Below, piece by piece: positions 12,084 to 24,478 of a stretch of DNA of 64,000 nt. Origin of the DNA: Octopus sinensis (Eukaryota). The notes beneath the pieces are model-generated. The model was not told the DNA's origin, ran no database searches, and saw only the letters and a program-made list of their open reading frames with translations. The stretch's first letter is position 1. The number at the start of each line of letters is the position of its first letter. The stretch is from positions 124,001 through 188,000 of the forward strand of contig NW_021836139.1 in NCBI RefSeq assembly GCF_006345805.1, given 5' to 3'. A program made the translations under genes and the position numbers.

Positions 12084-12211
12084 TGAATCCTTCGCATCTT
12101 GTTTTTATTTTATTTTGATCAATTTACTCCACCACCTACACCACTAAACGGTTTACACAGGTGCTTATAATTATCAAGTACTCACCCCGAATCTCTATAT
12201 ATGTATATATA

Positions 12212-12256
<45 letters not shown>

Positions 12257-12300
12257 ATATAGTATTATATGCATGTATTATTTCTCTTTATATATAAGTG

Positions 12301-12334
<34 letters not shown>

Positions 12335-12658
12335 GATCTATATATATGTATGTATATATGTATGAATGTATGTATGTGTATATATATATAAGAGATAATG
12401 GTGTCATTGGGACCGATTGGTGTCATGTAATACTGAATAAGTGCTATAGACAGACCATAGTTAAGTTCCAAATTCAGTAATTTTGCAAATAAGGGGTTCA
12501 ACATTGGTTCTATGTCAGCTTGTGTATATACGAATCTTTTGCATAATGATTTACACCTTCAATACCCATACATAACTCACATCTATTCCTTTCCTCCACC
12601 TCACTCTCTATTTTGTATCACATCTGAACTAACTATGACTTAACCATCCTCTCACACC

Positions 12659-12710
12659 GTCTCTAATGAAGGGATATAATTAATAAATATCCTGGAAACA
12701 GCTGTAAGAC
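12659..12710 (+). ncRNA. Degenerate hammerhead motif (G5A core change)
   Basis: GUCU-CUAAUGA-A GGGAUAU aauuaauaa AUAUCCU G-GAAA-C AGCU G-UA/AGAC. All stems are present; the core has one substitution. Confidence 0.6.
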
Positions 12711-12876
12711 CTCCTATCTATAAATGTTCTAGCATCTACACAGACTTGGTTTTTTTATTTCATTACGCAAAAAATTCGATTATATATATATATATATATA
12801 TATTTTTATATAAGGATAATATCGATATATAGATTTCGATCTTATCAAGTGGCCAGCATGGGAATTAATACCATAT

Positions 12877-12919
<43 letters not shown>

Positions 12920-12926
12920 GTATATA

Positions 12927-12962
<36 letters not shown>

Positions 12963-14505
12963 GTATGTATGTATGTATGTATGTATATATGTATATATTT
13001 AAGTTGAATGATACAGATGCTAACTGGGTACTTCTCTAGGCTACATACCTTTGTGAAGGTATGAGATTTTGTAGTTAGTGTGTTGGACTCGTGATTGTAA
13101 GTCTGTGGTTTAAATTCTCAGACCAGATGCATAGAATATTCTTGAGCAAAAGACATCATTTGATATTGCTCCATTCCACTTGGCTGAAAATGAATAACAA
13201 CAAGATTCAAGATTAATGCATGTGTCAGAGAGATGGAGTGAGAGAGAGCAAGAGAGAGAGAGAGGGAGAGTAATAAGGTATTGTATAGAAATTAAAATGA
13301 GAAATTAAGGTTACCAAAAAGATAAATGTCCAAAGAGAGTTTTGTTTTTAAAGAAGTGATTTTTCAAGTAAAATATACATTTGAGCAAAAGTTTGTTGTG
13401 AATGAAGACATTTCCATTGTTTGTTCAGTTCCAAGAATATCAAATCTTAACAAAAATGAAAGATAATGGATGTATATTGTACATAATGATCTTTTTAATC
13501 TGAGTATTTTTTTTCAGTCCCTTATACACCATAGGAACTGAATTAAGTTGTAGCCTAAAGATAGCAGACCTAAGATTAAAAAAGTTGGGTATTTCAACTT
13601 CAAGATCATACATACAGAAGATACTGATGCTGCTAATCTTATGAGCCAATAATTCTTCACTCTCCTGAAGCTAGGTTTGCAACATGGTTTCAATTCTCTA
13701 CTGGAGCACTCACATTTTGATGCCACTTTCAGGAAAATGCTGTTATACAATAACTCATTTTCACTGCATTAATTTAATATTTAATGCATAATTATGAATT
13801 TACTATAGATAATTGAGAATTTACTATAATTATAAATATATATATTTTTATATATTATATGCTTTTGCTGCAATTAAGCTTGCTTCTAAAGGTTTCATTT
13901 CTATGAAAAATATAATAATATCTGTATAGCCATAAAGACAAATTTCGGTAAGTTATTGATAAGCAAAGAGAGTACATTTTGCTTCTAATTACATATACTA
14001 TTACAAACAAAATCCTTAATTATATTCTATTGAAATTTATATTAAAATCATGAATATTTTAAACAGAAATGATTAGATAGAAATCAGGTAACAATAGATT
14101 TAAGTTAAATTCTGATTAAATGTTTATGTTGTGAACAACAAAATAAGGAATGTAGTGCTGTTGAAAGAAAATTAGCTTAACAGGAAATAAAAGTAAAATG
14201 GCATTAATTTGGAGGCATTGCATTATTTCAACAATTCGATTGAGATTGCTGATATGAAGAAGGTCATTAAGGACTTTTCATCTACATTATCTTTCACTTT
14301 TGTAAAGATCTGATCTTGATCTGGGAAGTGAATATGCTTTAAAAACATCTTCGTTCAAAACGAATTTTAGCCTAAAATTGTATTTAACTTTAAAATTCAT
14401 TTCTTTGAAAAATGAGACTTCATTGAAAATTTCTTTTTTTGTAACTTTATCTTCTCATTGAAATTTCTATACAATATCCCCACAACTTCTCTCTGACTTT
14501 ATTTC

Positions 14506-14543
<38 letters not shown>

Positions 14544-14743
14544 CAAACACATCTCTTTATCTCTCTCTCTTTTCTTTCTATATTTATATTTTTATATGTG
14601 CTTGTGTGTGTGTGTGTGCATGTGTGTGTGTAATTATTTATATGTCTGTCAGACTGTTTATGTATCTATCTGTCTGTTTGTCGGTCTGTCTGTCTATCTA
14701 TTTATCTATTTATCAATCTACCTACTTACCTATCTATCTATCT

Positions 14744-14889
14744 CTCACCCTCTACTCTATTTCTATCTATGGCTAGTGCTTTGCTGTACCTAATCGTAAA
14801 AAAAAAAAAAAAAAAGAACCTAGGTAAACATTTTTACGATTAGGTACAGCAAAGCACTAGCCATAGATAGAAATAGAGTAGAGGGTGAG
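14744..14889. repeat. Perfect 59-bp inverted repeat (14744-14802 / 14831-14889) at the LINE 5' junction
   Basis: ctcaccctctactctatttctatctatggctagtgctttgctgtacctaatcgtaaaaa is the exact reverse complement of tttttacgattaggtacagcaaagcactagccatagatagaaatagagtagagggtgag. Confidence 0.95.
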
Positions 14890-17810
14890 CTAGTTAAGAA
14901 GCTAGAAGAGGCATTAGAAGCGGCATCGCATCCGACGTTTTGGCGGCGAGGTTGGCCCTCGACCAACACTTCAACGCCAAACACGAAGGATGTGCTGTCA
15001 GAGCTAGGATGCGTGCTCTAAGGAACGAAGGTGTTGGAGCCGCGAGAGAGGCCCGGGTGGCAGAGGCGCAACAGGGCAACAAAGCCACCATTCGGTCACT
15101 GGTAGATGAACAGGGGCGCGAATTGCTCGAGCCAAGTAAAATGTGTGAGGCCTTTCAGCAGCATTTTGCCCGACTGTTCGGAACGAGTGGAGGGCAAGAA
15201 CGTAGGGTGGACTTCAGTGCCTACCTACATAGCCTACCACGACTCTCGACAAGAAAGGCAGGGTGCTGCGAAGGTGCCATCACGGCGGCGGAAGTGCGGG
15301 AAGCGATGGCAGAATGCTCGAGGGACAAATCACCGGGTTTGGATGGTCTACCCTACGAGCTTTACAATTGTATGCCAGACTTGTTTGGAGATCTCTTGGC
15401 GGCGGTGTACTGCAACTGGCAGCAAAACGGGAGCATTCCTGGTTTTGTGAGCCGAGGAGGAGCCGTAACACTGCTGAAGAAAGATCTAAACAAAGGAAAT
15501 GTAATAGATAACTTTAGGCCCATCACTCTGCTTAATGCAGACTTGAAAATTTTGGCCAAGGTGCTAGCCAAGAGGTTGGCGCTTGTCATCGAGAAACTGG
15601 TCGACAAGGCGCAAACATGCGCCGTGCCAGGCCGGACCATCCATGACAACCTCCATCTGATGCGCTACATCATAGACAGGGTAGTTAACGAACCTGGCAT
15701 GGGTGGGGCCCTGATCAACTTGGATCAATCAAAAGCCTTTGATAGGGTAGACCATCGATACTTGGAGGCAGTCCTGAGAGCGGCTGGTTTCGGTCCCGTC
15801 TTCCGCGGCTGGATAGCTGCCTTGTACAGAGGCATCCGTTCGGTAATTCGCGTAAATGGACATCTATCGAGACCTTTCGACATTGCACGTTCGGTCCGTC
15901 AGGGATGCCCCCTCTCGGCGCTTCTATACGTATTGACTCTTGAGCCACTACTGCGGAAGCTGGCGACTCTAAGGGGCATCCCGCGAGAATTGGGATGCGG
16001 GACGAGCGTGTCTGCATACGCGGACGACGTCACCGTCATAGTGTCTAGCCACGAGCACATTGAGCTGGTCGGCGAGACACTGAAAACTACGAAGCGGTGA
16101 CAGGAGCGAAAATCAACCGGGAAAAGTCAGTGGGCTTGCGACTAGGCACCTGGAGAAGCAAGCCCATGCCGTCCACCAGCGCCTCCGTCGTGGGACGCTG
16201 GACCGACGGCCCGGTTGATTTGCTCGGGGTCTGGTTTGGTCCGGACCTCCAAGTGGAGAAGAACTGGAACGAGATAACGAGTAGGGTGGTCACTCTCGCC
16301 CGGCAATGGGCCGAGAGGAAACTGTCCCTAAAAGGTCGAGCGGAGGTGGCGAACACGTACATCGCGTCCGTCATCTACTACCGCCTGACCGTCGTACCTT
16401 GTCCCGACCCTACCATCACCAAACTACAACGCATCCTCTTTCGCTTCTTGTGGAAAGGATGCGTCCCGATGGTCAGGCGATCCATTTGCTGTCAACACCC
16501 GTTAAAAGGAGGGCTGGGCATGCCGTGGTTGATGATGGCAGACACGCGCTGAGACTGCGACATCTCTGGCTCTATGTAGACGACGGTGAACAGGTGTGGT
16601 CGCCGTTTGTGAGGCACGCTTTCCCGCAGCTCGTCTCCATGACCGAACTGCAGTCGTGGATCAAAAAGAGGCCGAGGAAGGGCGAATGGCACCGCGAGTG
16701 TCGCGTTGCTCAAGCAACTCTGCCGTCCTGGGTCGACCTTGAGTGACTTCAACACAACCAAAGCATTCTATAGGGGTTTAGTGGAGGGGAGGTACGACGA
16801 CGAGCTCGGGGCGAACCTGGACGTCGACGAGGAGTACCTGACCCGCCTGTTCGGGACGACTTTCGGGCCAGGGCCCATGGACAACTTCCAGAGATCCCTG
16901 GCCTGGCAGTGCTACCGAGAAGCGCTACCCGTTCGGGATAAGCTCTACAGACACGGCTCGAGAAACACGGGGCCGACCTGCCCGAGATGCGGTCAGAGCG
17001 ACGAAACCGTTCTGCACGCACTCGTTCGTGTCCAACAATTTCCGACCTGTGGGCTTATGTCGAACAACTGCTGTCACGTGTGGGACGAATCGGTTTATCA
17101 GCTGAGTCTATCGTCAATATTGTCACGCCTCCTTCCTTCAAACGGGAAGGAAGAGCTATTTTCATCATCCTTGTGGCTATGGCGAAAGAATGTATCTGGT
17201 GGACGCGTCTGAAAGGATTGGAGACAAACACTTTCCTCTCTGGTCAATCTCTCATCAACTTCTTCAAGTACCACTTGAAAAGGAAAGTGAGAGTAGAGAG
17301 GCAAGTTTTGTCTAGCGAATGTTTTAAAAAAAGATGGGTGAATGTAGCAAGAATGGCACGTATGAATGACGAAGCCACCTTGAGCATAGTCCTATGAACC
17401 CAGAAATCGAAAACAGAGAGTTGCTTATTTGCAAAAAAAAAAAAAAAAAAAAAAAAGAAATATAAAATGTGACTTCATTGACCGAGGTTACCGTGGTCTT
17501 TTCCGCAGGCTTTTCTTTCCACGGGTAAACCTCACCTGTCCTCCCCTTTACACTTCATATTGACATTTCTGTGATAACGATCCCTATTGATCATTTTTTT
17601 TCCTCTCCCCCCCCCTTTTTTTTTTTTATTTTTTTTTAATTTTTTAACCCCCTTATTTTTGTCCTCTTTCTCTCCTTTTACGATCCCTTTTGATCGAACC
17701 TCCCCCCCTCCCTTCTTTTTTTTTTTTTTTTTTTTTAATACCTTCAAAAGAAAAGCTCTACCTTGTAATTGTTCTATCTGTGTGCAGCCCTGTGTGGCTA
17801 ATAAAGAAAA
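14831..17810 (+). mobile_element. 5'-truncated non-LTR retrotransposon, L1/Tx1 clade
   Basis: RT motifs KSPGLDGLP, FRPITLLNADLKIL, LDQSKAFDRV, VRQGCPLS and YADD; C-terminal CPRC-x5-ETVLH zinc-knuckle. The 3' UTR ends with AATAAA (17800-17805) next to (TATC)n. Confidence 0.93.
14839..17397 (+). pseudogene. Frameshifted ORF2 (RT plus C-terminal domain; endonuclease missing) of the Tx1-like LINE
   Basis: ORF-track pieces 14940-16100, 16097-16552, 16306-16746, 16706-17212 and 16987-17397 join into one RT polyprotein through short frameshifts. The upstream piece 'IRYSKALAIDRNRVEGELVKKLEEAL' starts at 14839. Confidence 0.88.
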
Positions 17811-17873
17811 TATCTATCTATCTATCTATCTATCTATTTATCTACCAATCTATTTATCTATTTATCAATCTTC

Positions 17874-17952
<79 letters not shown>

Positions 17953-17973
17953 CCGATCTATCTATCTATCTAC

Positions 17974-18052
<79 letters not shown>

Positions 18053-18053
18053 C

Positions 18054-18105
<52 letters not shown>
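17811..18105. repeat. (TATC)n tetranucleotide microsatellite, ~295 bp
   Basis: Read directly. Confidence 0.98.
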
Positions 18106-18879
18106 TTGTCTGTTTGTCTCTCTGTTTAGCTATTTTTTTGTCTATTACCAATATATGATCAGTATAGTTAGATGTCTATTGAAATAGTTGTTGATGCTGA
18201 GAGTATCAAAAAGCTAGCTAAACCTAATTATGTTATATTTAAAAGACATCACAACAATAGCTAATTACTACTTCAATCAATTTGGCAAGTATGTAGACAA
18301 TCTTGGACAGGTTCATGCTTCTTTATATTTTCTCAATCAAACATAAGCAATACAATAAATCTACATATCTTGAGGAGGTCTAATAAGATAGAAACATGTC
18401 TTAAATGTTTCCTGTATTTACCAGAATAATCAAAATTACATCAGCCGTTGACTAATATTGTTTTTTCCTCGTCTCATAAATGTTTCTAATTAGCTTGCTG
18501 CATCAATTATATCAACATTAAATTAACCATAATTCACAATTTCTTCATATGGATGGCGTTCATGAGTAATTTAGTCTCTAAAATATGCTACTTGATTCTA
18601 TTATATCATAGATTTTGCAGCAAACTTATAAAGAAGTTGGTGAGTCACTTTTGACTAATTATTTTCCTTTAATCTATATTTGTTTCTGTTATTGAACCAA
18701 GGCACTTCCATTAGGAGTTTAGTTATTTAAATCCCCTTAAGTACTTGTTTCAGTGGCGCTTATTCTATTAGCATTTTTTGCTGAACCATTAAGTTGTAGG
18801 GACATAAAGAAGCCAATACCAGTAGTCAAGCAGTGAGAGACAAACAAAGACATGCATGTACGCAGGAATATTCACACAT

Positions 18880-19150
18880 ACACACATACATACATATATA
18901 TATAAAATTAATAAATAAAACATATCCATATATACATACATATATGTACATACCTACCTCTACATGTATATATACACGCATATATGGGTACAGGACACCA
19001 AAAAACGTCGAACACAATGAGAAACGAAAACATAAACAAAAAACCAAGGAACTGGACATTTTTCTTAAACAAAAAAAAGAGTACAGAACAAACAACACAA
19101 GGAAAATTCCCCTTCTTCAGTCGCCATGGTTTCATCTACTCTGTGTTTCG
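18880..19150 (-). repeat. Second copy of the 5340-5638 repeat
   Basis: Reverse-complement similarity to 5400-5630. Confidence 0.75.
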
Positions 19151-20968
19151 ATACATATGGCACCTTGGACAAGTGTTTCTACTTGAGACATTGGTTCACA
19201 TGAGGCTATATATGAAAAACTTGCCCAAGTTTCTATGTAGTGGAATTGAAATCAAAACTACTTGATTGTAAAGCAAATTTCCTTACCATACAGCTATACC
19301 TTTATACAATAGGAATATTGCTCTATTCATTTTTATTTCAAAGATTATAAGTTTAAAATTCTCTATTTTTAAATATTTTTCTTTTATGCCTGACTCTGCT
19401 TTTCTCAGAAAATAAGTTTCTTAATTTCATCATGTATGAAACACTGTAATTATTTAACATGGCATATAAGTTAGGTCCACATACATTTAGTTTGATGTAA
19501 TTATGTTAACTCGAAGCTTCCAAGCCATTATAATAGTATTTTGTGAATGTACCATTTTCTGATGTAAACCAAGGAAGTCAACATCTTTGAAATACTTTTC
19601 TTCTATATCTGAATTACACACAAATTAACAGATTTATAACCATTCCAATACCTATAACATGGAAACATGATATTTGTATTGAATTATTTTTCTCTTTTAA
19701 CATATTATATAACATTCATGCCAAAGTCATAATTTAGTGAATTGGGAAGGGAATTGTTCATGTGTGATACAGGATATCTGAGTGAATTAATATTTTGGTG
19801 GAAAACAGAAGAATCATCTTTCTTTGATCAGGCATCTCTAATGCATTCACAAGCTGAAACAGCAAAAATATTACAACTTACATGCACACATGAAATCACA
19901 TTTCATGAATTTCGTCCCACATTTCTGACAAATATTTGTATTGTTTTTATTTTATATGGTGCTTAACTGCAAGGAAATTCAGTGAGCAATATTTTGAACT
20001 CAAGAAGCTAGAAAAGGGAAATCCCATTAGAGAGGAGTTTTAGCTTTTATTTCAACTGAATCCCAATATTTATCCCATAAATATGTCTAAAAAGAAGTTC
20101 AGTTAAGCTATTTGGCTTAAATGTTATGTAACACAATTCTAGTAATGGTTTTTGGCTACATCAAACCTAAGCTCATACTATAGATCAGTAAATTATATCC
20201 AGACACTTTACTGGACTAGCTCAATGCTACAACAAACCAGCCAATATTATATAAACAACAATATTAGGTACGTGATGATTTGTATAGTATTCTTCTTTAC
20301 ATAATAAAATATTCAATTATACTCGAGTTAGTAGTGGAAATGTTTCAGTCTACCACTATTTCCATATTTTTGCTTTCTCATCTGTCAGTATTTTAGATTA
20401 TTTTATCTGATAACATGTTCCTAGAAGTTTAGAAATAAAGAAACTAGCAAGATAAAATAATATTAAACCTGAAACTCAGAAAATATACCTGTATCAGATT
20501 CACTGACAAGACCTCAGATAGAAGAAAACTATATGAATCCAAAGGTCAGTTGAATAAGCAAAATACTATATCTACAAATGAAAGAATTATATATCATCGA
20601 TATATGCTCTTCCTTTTATGGAATATATCATTCCTTAAAACCAAATGTATGCCCAGAGTAATGTGTCATCGTTGCATTTAACATTGTCATTGTAGTTGGC
20701 AGTAGTGATGACAGCAGTGGCAGCACTGGCATTCTCATTGCTATGATCGGTGTTGTTTTCATCATCGTCGTCGTTATCGTCGTCATCATCGACATCATCA
20801 TCATCATTTGTTCATTAAACATGCTAACATAAACAATATTTTAGCACAGTTTTGTTCAATTTTTTTTTTTTGTTTTTTGTTTTGCATATTTACATATACA
20901 CAGACATACTCATATACCATACATACATATACACACATATATGTATATACAGAAAGACAAAGAGAGAG

Positions 20969-21005
<37 letters not shown>

Positions 21006-21107
21006 TGCACACACATATATATACATATATGTATATAATATGTATGTATATATATACACATATATGTATATAATGTGTATGCATATATATATATATATAT
21101 ATACATA

Positions 21108-21141
<34 letters not shown>

Positions 21142-21145
21142 TATA

Positions 21146-21188
<43 letters not shown>

Positions 21189-21246
21189 AAAGCAAAACAA
21201 TAAATTGAACATACATACATATATAATTCATACATACTTAGATACA

Positions 21247-21280
<34 letters not shown>

Positions 21281-22499
21281 CATACATACATACATACATT
21301 CATATACACATACATAGATACAAATTTTGCTGTCTTTGATCTGAATTTTTCTTTCATGAAGTAAATGCTTACAATCTGGAACATACTAAATGGTTTGTTC
21401 TCAAGTAAATGATGAAACAATCAAGGGAACTGATATATTGTAATAGGTTTATTTGGTGGGGTCATTATTTATGAGACATAATAAATTTATGGCTAAGTTC
21501 TTTCAAATATTCAACACTATGATGAAAGAGTTTGATATTCCCAAGATTATAATTATTTTTTTCACCATTTAATTAAATTTAATTCTCTTTTATCTATTAG
21601 TATTGTGGGGAGTTATATACGTTGATTTTTTTTTAATAATAAATCTTTTACGAGATTTTTTTTCCCGTGCATTTGAAGATCAGTAAATTAGACAGAAATG
21701 TCCAACTAAATCAAACAAGACTCTTGCACTCAGTCTCACATATAGTCAATAGAACTATTAGACCTAAGTTCTATCCTGATATATATACAATGTATGTATT
21801 GTTTCTCAACCTCTATAATGAATGCTAAAGACCATAAAATGTATAATTACTAAAATCTAAAAAAATATATACAGCGTGTCTGAGCTAAATTTGACGATTT
21901 TTTTTTATATCTCCTTTTTTCAGAAACAGCTTGGTGTGTTGATGAACTGCCAACAGCATTGGAGAGCATAAAAATTAGAGTTGCAGTTAAGAAAACGTCA
22001 GCTGATTTAGAGGAGTAGAAGCCATCTGAATATTGGAAAAGAGCTACTTGTATCACTTGTATGATGATGATTCACGTCGGGTATCAAATTTGCTAATATC
22101 ATGACTGCTGATCAATGTTCTGTGAACACTGTAAAGGCTGTACGGTGTGACATGGACTGCTGCAATAAAGATTACGAAGCTGTAGCGAACAGGAAAGGAT
22201 ACAACAGGTCTTCTGGATTTCATTCACACGTCTTTGAATAGGGTGTTAGGCTCGATTCAGAGGCTATGTAAAGCTGTTGGAGACTGTGTCCAATCTCTAG
22301 TTGGGGAGGGTTACTGCTGGAAGGCATCATGTATGGCAGCAGGATTCAGTTCCATATCTACTTTATAGAGTCCACACTAAATGCGTGTTTAGAGAAATAT
22401 AACCTTGTAAGCTTATTTTATATTTTCTCTTCTCCCATCACTCTACGCTCTATTCTATTTATGTGTGTATTATATATGTATGTATACGTATATATTAGG

Positions 22500-23275
22500 A
22501 TACTAGGTGACGTATCTGGTAATTCCAGGGAAAGCGGGGCTTATCCCTTGCTTCCGTTCTCATAATTGTTTCGCTAATCCAGTAGCAATAATACAAAATA
22601 TGTAGCCCTTAAAACGGTTTCTGTGCATTTATTGAGAATACCGAACTGTCTATATAGAACTAGGAGGAAATACTAATAAGTTATGTATACTAAAATCGTG
22701 AAGCATATTACATAGTAACAGGCTAATCAGATATGAGACAATAACAATTCAAAGTAAATAACTCTGAAAAAGCTTTTGTGCGTTCACAGAGAATATTACC
22801 CTCAGCGGCACTAGTGTTGGTATATTCGTGAATAAGTCACTAACCGAAATATGTGGATCAATTGTTTAGGAAAATACTAATTACTTGTTTAAGCGTTGTA
22901 TTGGATAAATTGCGAAAATAACTCAAAATGTCCAAATACTAAGAAATAAGTATACTCATTTTGATTTATACGAAATAGTTTACGAACATGAATGCGTTAT
23001 TTCCCTTGGGTATATATAAGGCTCCCTTTCAGGAGTGAATGGGCTATTTCCCTTGGATGTTTAAAAATAATATATTAGTTATACGTATTAGATATAAGAA
23101 TCCCTTCCAAGGGTCATATTATCGAATTTTTCAACAATATAAGTATGTCACTAGTTTTCCAGACATGAGTTCTACTCACGTGTCAAGTTTCATCAAAATC
23201 GATAAAATGATATAGGAGTTAGATAACAACGCCACAAACAAACACACCCACAGAATTCCACACATGTAGTAGATA
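22500..23275 (+). mobile_element. Possible decayed Helentron-associated (DINE-1/HINE-like) element
   Basis: Starts 'tactag' with a nearby short hairpin (ctgg taatt ccag). The 3' part has 'caagtttcatcaaaatcg', an ACAA repeat and a terminal 'agtagat', a layout typical of such elements. Confidence 0.35.
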
Positions 23276-23671
23276 ATACGCAGTGATAATAAAAAAAATA
23301 TTGTATACACCCGTAATACGTCCATGCACGCCTAACGGCTGAAAAATCTTTGCTGTATCATTCGTATGTGTTGCTTAGTGTGCTTTCACACATTATCCGT
23401 AAAGAGATTTTCCCTTCCAAGACAACACTCACCGCATACACCATACGCACACACACACACACACACTCACACACACACAATCATACACACACGCTCTTTC
23501 TCTCTCTCTCTCTCACACACACATACGCACATACTTATAATACGAACGTATTAAGTAGATATGTACACGGGCTTATTTGAATTATCTTTGCAAACGCTAG
23601 CAAATATATTATTTGCCGTTTACATATATGAATGGCAGTTCTTAGTAGTCTATAAACGATGAAATCCGTGT

Positions 23672-23716
23672 CTGTAGCGGATGAAGCGTAGCGATACGGA
23701 AACACGTATCCTACAG
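23672..23716 (+). ncRNA. Degenerate hammerhead motif
   Basis: CUGUAG-CGGAUGA-AG CGUA gcga UACG-GAAA-C ACGU A-UC/CUACAG. Perfect 6-bp stem I and a GNRA-capped stem II; U4G change and a stem III mismatch. Confidence 0.55.
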
Positions 23717-23879
23717 TTCGAGTACATTACTCTTGGCTCAGGTGAATTTCCGCATTTTGTAAAAGGAAATTTCTTCTTCCAAGGCATTTATCGTAGTGAA
23801 CGTCTTTCCACAAAGAGTGTACTCAAACGTGCTAAATATAAATATATTCCGCTTATACACACACATACTTAATGTATGT

Positions 23880-24302
23880 ATGTCATTATTCAGTTTCATT
23901 TCAAGATTTCTCGCCAAAAGAGGAGCCAGTTGCTAACCTAGATCCAAGGCTCCTTCATTGGAATTTCAAAGTCAACAGGTTATATTTGAATGTATGTATG
24001 TATATGTGCAGATTTGTATGTTTTGTTTTATGCATGTATTCTCATGCATATTGTTACATGTCTAGACATGCTCATATATACTTAAATGATAAACTTCAGG
24101 GATGTTTTACAGATTTTTACAGTTCCAGTGATGGATTGAATCTGTGGTCTTCGAATCAGCTTTCTCCTTTCTGGTTCTGAGAAGCCTAATTGCTGAAGAT
24201 TGGTATTTAGGCAGTGTGTTACATATCCCAGTGCTCCAATAATTACAGGTATAGACCTTAACTCGTAATACGTATAGAGTAACTGTAGATTCCTCAACAG
24301 TT
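23880..24302 (-). mobile_element. 3' end of an R2-superfamily (R4/Dong/NeSL-like) restriction-like-endonuclease LINE
   Basis: 'ELLRNLQLLYTYYELRSIPVIIGALGYVTHCLNTNLQQLG...QIQSITGTVKICK' matches the RLE C-terminal 'PVIIGALG...LQ..LLGT.KI' pattern. Confidence 0.65.
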
Positions 24303-24382
24303 CATGTATGTATATAAGTATGCATGTATGTATGTATGTATATATGTATGTTTGTATGTATGTATGTATGTATGTATGTTTG

Positions 24383-24413
<31 letters not shown>

Positions 24414-24478
24414 GTATGTATGTATGTTTGTATGTATGTATGTATGTATGTATGTATGTATGTATGTATGTATGTATA
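24303..24478. repeat. (TATG)n microsatellite
   Basis: Read directly. Confidence 0.95.

Larger units (their letters stand above)
8565..12195 (+). mobile_element. 5'-truncated Penelope-like element with a 1.37-kb inverted copy of its 3' region (arms 8565-9931 / 10734-12105), flanked by (TA)n
   Basis: The arms are near-identical reverse complements. The spacer begins with 'NNRAGCQCCVELLNILKFKDKHNLINK/RSEFKPSCIHK' (9950-10060), matching the PLE GIY-YIG C-terminal 'CxLCLxEKLxIL...NLLNKRSE...CxH' pattern. Hammerheads lie at the outer ends. Confidence 0.8.
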
